A stretch of DNA of 64,000 nucleotides from an uncultured Methanosarcinaceae archaeon (GTDB lineage: Archaea > Halobacteriota > Methanosarcinia > Methanosarcinales > Methanosarcinaceae), in NCBI GenBank assembly GCA_963721455.1, contig CAVRJG010000019.1, forward strand, positions 90,091 to 154,090, read 5' to 3'. The notes below the pieces were generated by a model. It did not search any database. It saw only the letters and a list, made by a program, of their open reading frames with translations, and was not told the origin of the DNA. The translations under genes were made by a program, and so were the position numbers. Shown piece by piece: positions 10,848 to 21,860 of the stretch. Numbering within the stretch: position 1 is the first letter of the stretch; every line of letters starts with the position of its first letter.

Positions 10848-13646
10848 TCAGAAATCAAATAGGGAACTCTGTTCTGCACGCCCATTTTCCTGAAATGGAT
10901 CCTGTTCCTGAGCCTTTACTTTATTTTCCCTTTCAGAAGGGGGGTTTTCCTGTTTCTTTACTTCAGGCTTCTTAGCTTCGAAATCAAACAGCCCTTTCTG
11001 CTTTGAATCAAAATCAAGAGAAGAGATTTTAACCCCGAAAACCCCCAGAATGCGTTCTACTGGGGGCAAAATCTGCTTCTTAATATAATAATCCACATCT
11101 ATAGGCACATTATGCTCTCTTACATAGTCAGGATCCTCGGCCCTCTCCACGAAGAGTCCCTTTCCTGCGATAATAACAAAAGGAATCCGTGTCCCTATCG
11201 AAGGCATAATCCCGGTTCTTTTCTTCAAATTTTCAGCAACGGTCAGATGAGGCTGCTTGTTCTTGTAGCTGTCTGCCTTTCGTGTAAGGGTCCGGGTGAG
11301 GACAAGGGTTTCAATAAGTTCAGTGTCTTTTTTCGGATCAAGGTTGCGGACATCGCTAACGACCTTCTGCACATGTTCTACAGCCCGGTCAACATCACCT
11401 TCTATAAGCACAAGTTCAAGAACCCTGTTAAGAGTCATCGAGGTCAGTTCGCACCAGTCCCTGCGGACAGTTTCCATGCCTTTGACCTTGATCTGGTCTT
11501 CCCAACCTGAGTTCCTGGGCTCAAAAAGCCAGAGAGCATAGCGCTTCTTTGCGATAAGAAGAGCATGTTTTGCAATAGACTCAAATTCAAGCTCCATGGG
11601 GTCAGGCAGGGAAGCAGAAACAATGTCTGAAAGCCTGTTCCCTACAAGGCTAACCTCCTCAAGGGAAAGCTCCCCGCAGGATTTGCAATGGACAAAGACG
11701 CTGTCCGTATCCCCATAGGCAACCGACAGTTCCACTATTATATCAGAGGAAGAGAGTTCTCCGGCTTCTTCAAGGAGTAAGGCTGCGTCACCCCTGAGAA
11801 CTATTTTACCGATTGTATTATTGATAATTTCCCGGGTATTCAGGATATTGCTTCTTCCGAAGCTGGTTACGGCATTTGCAAGTGTGAGGCTGTAGAGCCT
11901 TGCCCGGGCATATCCTGAGTAACCGTAGAAGCTATTTAACAGAATTTTCAGAGCAAGCTGAGTAGCATCAAGCACTCTATACTCATTTTTATCAGAGACC
12001 TGTTTCATTCTTTTCTTTGTCTCGGTTCTCTGATTAAGCAAATCTTCCAGAATAGAAGGCACGATTCCTTTGCTAACCTCCGGAGGCACGAACTCTCCTC
12101 CGGAAGGAGGTTTGATAGTTTCCCCGTCCGGCCTGTCTTCTGTAACTACCGTGGTATAGCAGAGGTTATGTGCCATCATGATAGTTGGGTAGAGGGACTT
12201 GTAGTCAAGAATAAGAACATTTTCCAGAAGGCCTTTTTTAGGCTCCAGGACCTCTCCGCCTTTGAGGTCCGAGCTCATTTCATACCTCTCAGCAGAGACC
12301 CCGTCATCCGGCTTTGGAAGGAGCACCCTGTCGCGTAACCCGAACTCCCTGAGAAGAAGAGTTTCAACCATCGAAGTCTGGCCTCCGTCGACTATTTCCT
12401 GCAGCAGGCTCCCGCTGACCCGGGCAAGTGCAATATATTTGTCAAGGAGCCTCAAATTAAGGATAAGTTCCAGGGCAAGCTCGGAGTCCCTGCGTGAATA
12501 ATCTACGAACTTTCTGAACTTGTCTCCTGTATCTACCCAGTATTCTGCCATTTCCAGCGGAGGGACATCCAGTTTTTCGCGGCTCAAAAGCTCCTTTGAA
12601 ACCACGCGCAGAGTGTACTGCTTGAGACTGAAAGCTCTTCTTACCAGAGGAAGGGCATCCACAACCACCCGTCCTTTAAACTCAGTGCGGGTAATAAGCC
12701 CGAATTTCCGGTAGCCTATCTTGCTGCCGTCCCGGCCGACAACAGGGTTTATTGCTTCTCCTTTTGCAATCAGAGTCTTGACCCTATCCGTAATGTAAGG
12801 AATGTCGAAATCCTGGTGATTATATCCCACTACAATGTCAGGGTCATACTCGCAGAAGATCTCGAAAAAGCGGTTTAACATTTCGGTTTCGTCCCTGCAG
12901 GAAAGGACATCTGCATCCATGCCTTCCACAGGTTTTGCCACAAGCACAAGGGTTTTATGCCCTCTGTACTCCGGCTCGAAGGAGAAACTGATCATGATTA
13001 TAGGCGAAACATCAGGAGAAGGCATCCCTCCATCAAGAGGCAGGCACTCTATGTCAAAAGATAGATACTTAAGAGGGGCGATCGTGAGATTTTCAACTCT
13101 CTTAAACCCGGATGCAATAATCGAAGAGTCGCATGCAAAATTCTCACAGCGGGAATTGCCCGAGGGACCTGCCCTGAAAAATCTTGCAGGGTCAACTGGC
13201 TTTCCTTCTGCAGAGACCCAGACCATGCCTCCCAGACTTTTGTCAATTAAAAAACGGTTTCTGAAGAGGATGTCAGTTTCATAAACTTCCCATTTACCTT
13301 CAGCCTTCATAACTTCCCGGATCTTCAGAATATCATCCCTGATCTCGGGCACATCCCTGGGCAGGCGGGTGGTAATTCTGAGCATCTCTTTCTTTGTCTT
13401 CTGATATCCGACAGGTTCGAATTTTTCGACTATTTCGACCTTTGTAACCTGTCCAAAGGTGTCTTTTACAAGCCTGGCTACGGCGTGCAGGTCTCCAGAT
13501 GCCTTGAGATAAAAATAAGGCTCAAAATCCGGGACAAAGCAGCAAACACTCTTCCCGTCCGCTCCCCTGCCAAAGAGGCGGATAACAGGGCTGCTGTCAT
13601 TAAAGACGTCATAATCTGCGTCCAAGATCTGGAAATCCATAGGCAT
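10848..13646 (-). CDS. polB: Family B DNA polymerase (no intein)
   Basis: Exo I FDIEC, DYKSLYP, KILLNSFYGY, YGDTDS, KKRY; C-terminal PIP-like QSSLFDF. Confidence 0.96.
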   Translation of the reverse strand: MPMDFQILDADYDVFNDSSPVIRLFGRGADGKSVCCFVPDFEPYFYLKASGDLHAVARLVKDTFGQVTKVEIVEKFEPVGYQKTKKEMLRITTRLPRDVPEIRDDILKIREVMKAEGKWEVYETDILFRNRFLIDKSLGGMVWVSAEGKPVDPARFFRAGPSGNSRCENFACDSSIIASGFKRVENLTIAPLKYLSFDIECLPLDGGMPSPDVSPIIMISFSFEPEYRGHKTLVLVAKPVEGMDADVLSCRDETEMLNRFFEIFCEYDPDIVVGYNHQDFDIPYITDRVKTLIAKGEAINPVVGRDGSKIGYRKFGLITRTEFKGRVVVDALPLVRRAFSLKQYTLRVVSKELLSREKLDVPPLEMAEYWVDTGDKFRKFVDYSRRDSELALELILNLRLLDKYIALARVSGSLLQEIVDGGQTSMVETLLLREFGLRDRVLLPKPDDGVSAERYEMSSDLKGGEVLEPKKGLLENVLILDYKSLYPTIMMAHNLCYTTVVTEDRPDGETIKPPSGGEFVPPEVSKGIVPSILEDLLNQRTETKKRMKQVSDKNEYRVLDATQLALKILLNSFYGYSGYARARLYSLTLANAVTSFGRSNILNTREIINNTIGKIVLRGDAALLLEEAGELSSSDIIVELSVAYGDTDSVFVHCKSCGELSLEEVSLVGNRLSDIVSASLPDPMELEFESIAKHALLIAKKRYALWLFEPRNSGWEDQIKVKGMETVRRDWCELTSMTLNRVLELVLIEGDVDRAVEHVQKVVSDVRNLDPKKDTELIETLVLTRTLTRKADSYKNKQPHLTVAENLKKRTGIMPSIGTRIPFVIIAGKGLFVERAEDPDYVREHNVPIDVDYYIKKQILPPVERILGVFGVKISSLDFDSKQKGLFDFEAKKPEVKKQENPPSERENKVKAQEQDPFQENGRAEQSSLFDF

Positions 13647-13893
13647 GGTTTACGGCTTTAGATAGACATATAGCTTTTGTTGTAATTTTGAAAGAGGAAT
13701 TTTAAAAACATGTCCGTAATTTTTCCAATGTATTGAGGACCAGAACAGCAACTTAAAAAAGAGATAAAAGGGAAGGAAGATGGATAAAATAGAAGATAAG
13801 GGATTAAGAAATTAAGAGATAAAGGGACTCTTTAAAGGGATTCCTGGAACAAAGAGTTATACCTCTACTTTTTATGCCCTGTATCTCCCGGGT

Positions 13894-14899
13894 TTAGATC
13901 TGCTTTATATTCATATTGAGGGCAACTTCCGCAATATCAGCGCTATATTCGGCTACCCTTCGCAGGCTCTCCAGGATCATGCTAAGTTCAATACTACCTG
14001 ATCCCTTCGATATCCCGTGACTCCAGGGAAACTCCGAACTGGGAAACTTTCTTGGCTTCTACAACGATTTTGTTGATAGCCTGAAGGTCTTCTTCTGCCA
14101 TTGAGTCAATTGAGCTTTCGAAAACCTTTCGTGAGAGTTCAGCCATCTTGAAAATCGGGTCATCGACACTGACACCGGCATCCATTTTCAGGACATTTCT
14201 GGCTATCCTGACAGCGTGGTCTCCTACACGTTCGATACTCTTTGTAATAAGCCTGTATCCCAGGCACTCCCTGGGATGCCGAATCCCTATCTTATCAGAG
14301 AGTTCGATATCCTCAATTGAAGCCTTGAGCTGGCGGACGGCAAGAAGATAAAAGCGATCCACATCGTCGTCTCGCTGGATGACATCTTCGGCAATCTCCA
14401 CGTTGTGATCCCTGAGAGCGACCATGGAGTCTTCAAGCATGGAAAGTACGAGACCGTACATGTTTTTGATTACACGGCCAAGGGGCAGGTCATTGTAATT
14501 AAGGAGGCACTGGAAAACCAGTTCATTCCTGGATTCTTCCACAAGCTCAAGACCTATCAATTTTTGACGCACAGAGTCCTTGATAAACTTGCGATCATAA
14601 GCACTGAAACCTTTTTTGGTGGTCAGCCTGATAGAGTCATAACCCACAAGATAATGAGAAATAAGAATCCTCAGATTATTTTCCGCACTATCCGAATGAA
14701 TATAGTCGATCGTTGCTTTAAGGGCGGAATGTTCCTTTGAGGCCGCACTGGAAGAAACAAGCAGGGTTTTATTAGGCATGGGTGTAAGAGTAAGTGTGTC
14801 TCCTGCCTCAATCCCTATATCCCTAACCCATTTTATAGGGAGGGACACAATATAAGTAGAATTTCCGGTAAACTGGACTTTTCGTTTATCCTTGGTAAT
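13894..14899 (-). CDS. AbrB/SpoVT-PhoU phosphate uptake regulator; probable ATT start; one frameshift near 14,004 (likely sequencing error)
   Basis: N-terminal RKVQFTGNSTYIVSLP; PhoU repeats (DDDVDRFY, IERVGDHA); C-terminal SLRRVAEYSADIAEVALN continues in a shifted frame to TAA at 13894. Confidence 0.85.
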
Positions 14900-15157
14900 A
14901 AATAATCCCCCTGAGAGATTCTAATGGATCTTGAAGAATCTATATAGACAAAAGAGATATATAAAAGTATCTTGGAAGTAGGGCGTTAAAGTAAGAAATA
15001 AATCTTGATAACCCTGTCTAAGTATGATATATAGGGCCAATCATGAATCATAGAAAAACATAGAGCTACATTAAAGATAGAGATAAAATCAAGTATAAAA
15101 CCAGGTTTATGAAAAGTACTTTTTCCGTAAAAACCCATCTTTTTTGCAAATAAAATT

Positions 15158-15228
15158 CATTGGTCATCGGTTAACGAATTTTATGCACAACTTCGAATAC
15201 CACGTGTAGCGATTTTCCAACATAATTC
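15158..15228 (+). repeat. Truncated end of a dispersed MITE-like element
   Basis: CATTGGTCATCGGTTAACGAATTTTATGCACAACTTCG..CATAATTC matches copies ending at 17878 (minus) and starting at 41256 (plus). Confidence 0.75.
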
Positions 15229-15622
15229 TTAGAGGGTGAATATTATTTTTCATTCGGATGAAGGTTTGATCTTAGCCAGTCGTTTACTCATTATACGAAT
15301 CATAGCAGCATATATGAAGGCTTGACTTGATTCTGTGAATCCTTCGTAATCTTTACTCAAACGTCGATATCAACCCAGCCATCCAAGGGAAGATTACTGA
15401 ATCAGGCGATTGAAGTGAATTCAGGACAATTCACGGAGTTAAGTATCAGAAGAGATGTTAACTGCGTTAATCAAATCTCGGAGTTTATGTTATATGTTTT
15501 AGAGTTAAAGTATGGTTGTGTAAGGTAACGGTTATACAGGGATGCGCTGGAGGAGTGAGCTCCTGATCGAGCTACTTACTTTTAACAAGGGAATTACAAC
15601 AAAATATGTTGGAAGCGTTTTT

Positions 15623-17527
15623 ATGGCAGCAGATATTTTGAAGCGATTAGCGGAAGCTGTAGTCGATGGAGACGACGACCTTGCAGAAGAACTGGCACAG
15701 AAAGTACTGGATGAAGGCTTTGATCCCTACAACGCAATCGTAAATGGTCTTGCAAGAGGAATGGCTATTGTCAGCGATCAGTACGAGAAAGGAGAAGCTT
15801 TTGTACCCCACCTGCTTCTCGCCTCAGGGGCAATGTATGCAGGCATGGACATTCTCACCCCTGCAATGAATGCAGAAGGAGAAGGCAGTCAGGCAGTGGG
15901 TGTCATAGGAACAATTGAAGGAGACGTGCACGACATAGGGAAGAACCTTGTAAAGACGATGCTCAGTGCTGGTGGGTTTGAAATGATTGACCTGGGCGCG
16001 GATGTCCCTATAGAGAAGTTTATCGAAACCGCAAAGGAACACAAAGCCGACCTTATCTCCATGAGTGCTCTGATGACAACAACCATGACAAACATGGAAA
16101 AAGTGATTGAAGTCCTTCAGGAAGAAGGTATTCGCGACTCCATGAAGGTAATGATCGGAGGCGCACCTGTTTCAGAAGAATTTGCAGCAGGAATCGGTGC
16201 AGACTCCACTCATCCGGACGCAATGCACGCAAGCGCCTGGGCATCAGAAGCCGTAAAGGAGCTCGACACTAAAATGATGAGATGGAGTGAAGAGAAGATC
16301 GGCCTCGGGAAGATCAAATACAGAGAGATTCTCGCAAAGAAGGTAGTTTCCGAAAAAGTCGACGTCGGACTTGAGACTGCTAACAAGATCAAGGAAGAAT
16401 TCGAAAGCATTGGTGTGAAGATCCGGGAAGAAATGACCCACATCGATAGGACTGTGGCCGCGATGTCTGATAAGAAGGTCGACCGCCTGCCTGTCTATCC
16501 TCTTGCCTGTGGGGTACTGAGGAAATTTGCCGGTGTCAACTACAGGGACTATGCAACAAAAGCAGATGCCTTCACCCAGAGCGCCTTTCTCGGATGCAAA
16601 TACCTTGACCTTGACATGTTTGTGGGTCTTGCTGACCTTTCAGCCACCTCCGCAGACTTCGGATGTAAAATCAAATACCCCGAAGACGATACGCCGTCCT
16701 CCGAAGGACATATTAAGGACTATGAGAAGATCGAAGTCCCTGAACTTAAGGAAGGAACCCGCGGCTATGAACTTGTCATCGCTTCAAAGATGGCAAAGGA
16801 AAAAATCAACACGGAACTCAACACTCCCTTCATAGGCTTCCACGAAGGCCCATTGCTCACTCTCACCCAGCTTATGGGTGCAGACCGCGTGCTTATGGAC
16901 ATGAAGACTCAGCCGGATGTTGTCCTTGAAGCTGTTCAGAAGTGTTCCGACTATATCTGCCAGCTTTCTGAGCTCTTCTTCAACGAAGGGGCTTGTGATG
17001 CTCTCTGTATCGACAACCTCTGGTCCAACAACGTCATCATGAGCGAACAGGACTACTGGAAATTCGACGGAAAGTTCGTCTACGACCAGCACATCCCGAT
17101 CTTCAAGCAGTATAACCAGCCCTACATCATCCACAACTGTGCTGACGCCGTGCACTTCGAGACTCAGATCAGGAAGTTCGGCACCGCTCTTTACAGCTAT
17201 GCCTACTACGAAAAATCCAGGGAAAAGGGATCCCAGAACTATGCAGACCTGATTCCCAAATACGGTGACATCTGCTGTATGATGGGAGAAGTTAACCCTG
17301 TTGATTTCATGGACGGCTCTGCAACCGGCGTGCAGAAGGTAAAGGACGATACAAAGTCTCTGCTTGAAAATGTGATACCTGTGCTGAAGGAGAACGGCTT
17401 CCAGTCCAAGTACGTCATGTCCACTGGCTGTGAAATTCCGCCCAGCGGCCCGCTGACAACCGTGCAGGCAATGGTGAACACCGTAAAGGAACTGGGTCCG
17501 GAACTCCAGAAGAAAATAATGGGATGA
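15623..17527 (+). CDS. mtsD: Fused corrinoid protein/methylcobamide:CoM methyltransferase (MtsD/MtsF/MtsH-like)
   Basis: N-terminal B12 cap and DVHDIGKN motif; C-terminal UroD/MT2 domain with HNC..TGC Zn ligands; neighbourhood resembles the M. acetivorans mtsD locus as recalled; symbol tentative. Confidence 0.8.
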   Translation: MAADILKRLAEAVVDGDDDLAEELAQKVLDEGFDPYNAIVNGLARGMAIVSDQYEKGEAFVPHLLLASGAMYAGMDILTPAMNAEGEGSQAVGVIGTIEGDVHDIGKNLVKTMLSAGGFEMIDLGADVPIEKFIETAKEHKADLISMSALMTTTMTNMEKVIEVLQEEGIRDSMKVMIGGAPVSEEFAAGIGADSTHPDAMHASAWASEAVKELDTKMMRWSEEKIGLGKIKYREILAKKVVSEKVDVGLETANKIKEEFESIGVKIREEMTHIDRTVAAMSDKKVDRLPVYPLACGVLRKFAGVNYRDYATKADAFTQSAFLGCKYLDLDMFVGLADLSATSADFGCKIKYPEDDTPSSEGHIKDYEKIEVPELKEGTRGYELVIASKMAKEKINTELNTPFIGFHEGPLLTLTQLMGADRVLMDMKTQPDVVLEAVQKCSDYICQLSELFFNEGACDALCIDNLWSNNVIMSEQDYWKFDGKFVYDQHIPIFKQYNQPYIIHNCADAVHFETQIRKFGTALYSYAYYEKSREKGSQNYADLIPKYGDICCMMGEVNPVDFMDGSATGVQKVKDDTKSLLENVIPVLKENGFQSKYVMSTGCEIPPSGPLTTVQAMVNTVKELGPELQKKIMG

Positions 17528-17589
17528 GACTACCTCAACCCCATTTCGATTTAAAGCCGGGACAAAGCATTCGAAGTAAAATAAAAATC

Positions 17590-17878
17590 AGATTTTAACC
17601 TCCATATAGAAGTCAATTTGGCTCCTGAATTTCAGAACATTTAGCATAAAACCGCGTGCGTTATCTGTAAAGAACTGCACGCGGAAAACCTCCATTTTAA
17701 AAAAACACATACATCTTTTATGAATGGAATCGGGAAAAAGAAGATCATCCATGTGATTCGTTACGGAGCACAACAGCAAATGTGTTATTTTTTTTGAATA
17801 CATTTATGAATTATGTTCGGAATTCGCGATACATGGTATCCGAAGTTGTGCATAAAAGTAGTTAACAGATGACCAATG
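17590..17878 (-). mobile_element. Longer (~290 bp) copy of the dispersed MITE-like element; left boundary approximate
   Basis: Reverse complement begins CATTGGTCATCTGTTAAC..TTATGCACAACTTCG and aligns with the 15158 and 41256 copies; no transposase. Confidence 0.6.
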
Positions 17879-17911
17879 GAAGATCATCCATAGAAACTGC
17901 AGAGGAGGAAT

Positions 17912-19849
17912 ATGATGTGCCTGGGACTGGGTATTGATACGGGAGGAACATATACCGATGCCGCTATTATGGATATGGCAAACGGGACTGTAATCGAGTC
18001 GAATAAAGCACTTACAACTTATCCTGACCTTATCAGGGGAATAAAGAATTCTATTGAAGGTTTAAGCCCGGAATACCTGAAAAGCATAAAATTCGTTTCT
18101 GTTTCTACCACTCTTGCCACCAATACGACGCTTGAAGGTAAAGGCTACCCTGCAGGGCTGATCCTGATCGGGCATACCATCCCCAAAAAACTTGCCAGCA
18201 GGTATGTAATATCAATCCGGGGAGGGCATGACTCCGGTGGAAATGAAATCGCTCCCCTTGAGGACCTGGAAACCGTCAGGGAGTTCGTGCGGCAGATGAA
18301 AGATAAAGTGACCGCATTTGCAGTTTCCGGTTATTTCGGAGTGAGGAACCCCGAACACGAACTTAAGGTCAAAGAAATAATTCAGGAAACCATAGACATG
18401 CCGGTTGTCTGCGGGCATGAACTCTCCATGAGCCTTGGGGCTTACGAAAGGGCTGTGACGGCTCTCCTGAACGCCGAATTGATTCCCATAAGCAAGCAGT
18501 TCATCAAATCCGTCCAGACCGCGATGGAAGAAAAGAAGATAAAGGCAACCCTGATGATGATGAAGTGTGACGGGTCTCTTGTTCGAATAGAAGAAGCTTT
18601 GAAAAAACCTGTCGAATCAATTTTTTCCGGACCTGCGGCAAGCCTGGTTGGGGCTGCCCACCTTACAGGCCTGCATACCTGCGTGACTGTGGACATTGGA
18701 GGCACAAGCACGGATATAGCCATGATTTCCAGAGGCATTCCAGAGATAAGTGACTCTGGATCTAAGGTTGGAAGCTGGAAAACAATGGTGAAAGCAATAA
18801 GGATGGATACCTCGGCTCTTGGGGGGGACAGTCTTGTCTGGATTAAGAGGAAAACTCATCTTGGACCATCAAGGGTAATTCCTCTCTGCCTTGCAGCATC
18901 GGAATTTCCGGGCCTTCTGGAGAAACTCGAAAAAAATGACGTGCCGAACGAACGCATAATGGATGAAATTATACAGCCAACCTCTTTTTTCATAAGGAAC
19001 GGAGTGGACTCCTCTGAACTTCTTAGCGGAGAGCTTGAAGGAGACGAAAGGGCAATTCTCGAACAGCTGGGGACAGAACCCCTTACCGTATTTGAAATCT
19101 CTGAGAGGACAGGAAAACACCCTCTGATGTTTGCAGGAATCCTGAAAAACCTGATCAGGAAAAGGCACGCAAGTCAGATAGGGTTTACCCCGACCGATGC
19201 CCTCCATGTGCTTGGGGAATACATCAGATGGGATGAGAGAGCCTCTCTTATAGGAGCAAGGATTCTCGGGAAGGTTCTCAAGCAAAGCCCGGAGGAATTC
19301 TCGGCGCAGATTAAAACCGAAGTAGTGAGAAGACTTACCCTGGAGCTTATTTCTTTCTTTGCGGCTGACATGAAGAAGGAAGACCTTGAAAAGCTGCTGG
19401 GAAATGAGACTTTCCTTAAATTTCATATAAAAGTCCCTGTTGTGCTTGTAGGAGCCCCGGTAAGAGCTTACCTGAAAGAGCTTAATGAGGCTGTGGATGC
19501 GGAGATCCGGATTCCTGCTTTCCATGAGGTGGGAAATGCCGTGGGCGCCCTTGCAGGAAAGGTAATCCACAGGACAGAGGTACTTATACGCCCTTCTTCG
19601 GCAGGAAATACAGAATATTCTGTGTTTTCCGAGCTTGGAAAAGAAGTTTTTGAGGATTACGGAGAAGCCCGGAATTACGGTGTTAAACTAAGTCACAGGC
19701 TGGTCTCGGAGTACATGGACGGGTACGGGCTTGATATGGTAAATGTGGAATTCGACCTCAGACAAAAAGATGTAGGAAACCGGGGAAAAGCCCCACTGGA
19801 GACTCGCCTTGTCGGAATAGGCACAGGAACAACCTGGAAACTGGCATAA
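17912..19849 (+). CDS. Hydantoinase/oxoprolinase-family (ASKHA-fold) protein
   Basis: GIDTGGTYTD, STTLATN, SGPAAS, DIGGTSTD, TPTDALHVLG, GNAVGA. Confidence 0.88.
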   Translation: MMCLGLGIDTGGTYTDAAIMDMANGTVIESNKALTTYPDLIRGIKNSIEGLSPEYLKSIKFVSVSTTLATNTTLEGKGYPAGLILIGHTIPKKLASRYVISIRGGHDSGGNEIAPLEDLETVREFVRQMKDKVTAFAVSGYFGVRNPEHELKVKEIIQETIDMPVVCGHELSMSLGAYERAVTALLNAELIPISKQFIKSVQTAMEEKKIKATLMMMKCDGSLVRIEEALKKPVESIFSGPAASLVGAAHLTGLHTCVTVDIGGTSTDIAMISRGIPEISDSGSKVGSWKTMVKAIRMDTSALGGDSLVWIKRKTHLGPSRVIPLCLAASEFPGLLEKLEKNDVPNERIMDEIIQPTSFFIRNGVDSSELLSGELEGDERAILEQLGTEPLTVFEISERTGKHPLMFAGILKNLIRKRHASQIGFTPTDALHVLGEYIRWDERASLIGARILGKVLKQSPEEFSAQIKTEVVRRLTLELISFFAADMKKEDLEKLLGNETFLKFHIKVPVVLVGAPVRAYLKELNEAVDAEIRIPAFHEVGNAVGALAGKVIHRTEVLIRPSSAGNTEYSVFSELGKEVFEDYGEARNYGVKLSHRLVSEYMDGYGLDMVNVEFDLRQKDVGNRGKAPLETRLVGIGTGTTWKLA

Positions 19850-20005
19850 AAGCGAGTTTTCGCAATCAAGATGTGACAGCAAGGAGCAGCACTCCTGGAA
19901 AATTGCGGGTAAAATTCAGAACTACAAGCACAAAACATAGAAAAACGGCAGACTTCAGCAGGTCATAAACGGCAAGAACCTGACCGCATTAATCGGGGAA
20001 AAAAC

Positions 20006-21606
20006 ATGGCAAGCGAATTAAAAACACCGAATCTGGAAAGCCAGGACGGAATGGCAAAACTGGCCCGGACTATAAGGGACAAGATCCTCATTGACGAACC
20101 GGTAAAAGAAGACGGGTTGATAGACCAGCTTGAGCGGGCAGCAACCGAAATTGAAGAGCTTCTTGGGACTTCTTTGGGGCCGAAGGGGTATGAACAAGAT
20201 AATAGTAAACCCTGTCGGGGACATTTTTGTTACGAGTGACGGGAAGGTAATCTTAAAGGAAATGGATGTGCTCCACCCGATAGTGAATACACTCAAAAAG
20301 CTTGCCGAATCGATGGATAAAGCCTGTGGAGACGGCACAAAGACAGCTGTGATTTTTGCAAGCAACCTGATAAAAAACGCAATCAAGCTTATAAGGGCAG
20401 GAATACACCCGACAACGGTTATAGAAGGATACGAACTTGCTTTGCAGAAAGCGTACGAAATGCTCCAGTACAGCATAAAGCAGGCAGGGGAAGAAGATGT
20501 GCGCACGACAATCCTGTGCTCTGCGACTGGAAAAGGCGTAGAAAGGTATCAGGCAGAGGCAATAACTGAAATTGTCACCAGAGTTGTCGGGCACCTGAAT
20601 GAAACGCAGGCTGAGAGGCTGGACCTCAACAGGAACGTGAAAATTCTCAAGAAAACAGGCGGACCTGAAATAATTGCTCTCGATGGCTTAATTCTGGATG
20701 AAAGCCCGGCAAGAGCGGATATGCCGGGGGCGTTTGAGAATCCGGCAGTCCTGATTACGAATTATGAACTGAAGATTAAAAGCGGATATTTAAACCCGCA
20801 GCACAACCTCAAAATGGATTCGGTACAGACGGCACTCCTTTTTGAAGAGAGAAAGAAGGAGATATGCGGGGAAATTGCCCGAAAGATTATTGATTCGGGT
20901 GCAAACGTCCTCTTTTCGGAAGGAGATATTGACCCGTACATAGAAACCCTTCTCCGGGACAGTAATATACTGGCTTTCAAGAAGCTGAAGATGAAAGACC
21001 TCGAAAAGCTTGCGGAGGCAACCGGTACAACCCTGATGGCCATGCAGGATGAGATCTGCCCCAAAGACCTGGGTAGGGCAGACAGTATAAGGGTTGAAAA
21101 AAGGAACGGGGAAAATTTTGTGTTTATTGCTGTCAGGGAAAGGGCAATTGCTACGATCCTTATATGGGAACCTGTGAAATACGGGCTTGACAAGGTGGAA
21201 GAGGCGGTTGATGATGCTTTGAATAATGCGGCATTCCTCCTGAAAAATAAAGAAATCGTGAACGGAGGGGGAGCAATAGAGTTTGAACTGGCACATATGC
21301 TCAGGCTGTTTGCGGCAACGCGGAATGGAAAGAAACAGCTTGCAGTCCTGGCGTATGCGGAAGCCCTTGAAAAGATCCCAACCATCCTTGCAAGAAATAT
21401 GGGAATGAATCGCAATTGATGCAATGGCGCAGATGAGAAACTCATACGCAAGAGGGAAAGAAGCAAGGATAGACATTTCAGGAAAAGTCACGGATAAGGG
21501 GCAAAAGGCTTACGATTCGGCAACAGTAAAGAAATTAGCAATTATTGCAGGGACGGAAACTGCAAGAAATGTACTCAGGATAGACGAAATAATCCCAAAA
21601 AGATGA
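20006..21606 (+). CDS. Additional group II chaperonin (thermosome) subunit; frameshifts near 20,186 and 21,411
   Basis: TSLGPKG|MNK, TSDG, GDGTKT, GGGAIE, VLRIDEII spread across three ORF pieces. Confidence 0.85.
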
Positions 21607-21760
21607 ATTATGCTGAAGACAGTGACTTCATTCTCAAAGGCATTGTAATCATATTCCAAGAAAGTAAGTTAGACCTGTAGCACATTTTCAGGAAGGCAGT
21701 GATTTGCCATTTTAATGTGCTTCCAGGAAGCACAGATGTTTTTAACTCAAAAATATAAAA

Positions 21761-21796
21761 ATGATCCAGCCTGTAATAATGATCCAGCCTGTAATA
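21761..21796 (+). repeat. 18-bp tandem duplication ATGATCCAGCCTGTAATA x2
   Basis: Exact adjacent copies upstream of the MT2 gene. Confidence 0.85.
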
Positions 21797-21860
21797 GATC
21801 TCCAGAAAAGCTAGCTATAGAGGCTTAATGTAACAAAACGATTTTTAATGGCAGATTTAA

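Noticed and set aside
13988-13996. TAG as a pyrrolysine read-through codon in the regulator
   Set aside because: In-frame TGA follows two codons later; the true C-terminus is in another frame after a G-run indel.
15542-15622. 27-aa N-terminal extension of the corrinoid fusion
   Set aside because: The B12 cap domain begins at MAADIL (15623); the extension has no domain-like features.
17588-17803. 71-aa ORF on the minus strand
   Set aside because: Lies wholly inside the repeat element; no transposase motif.
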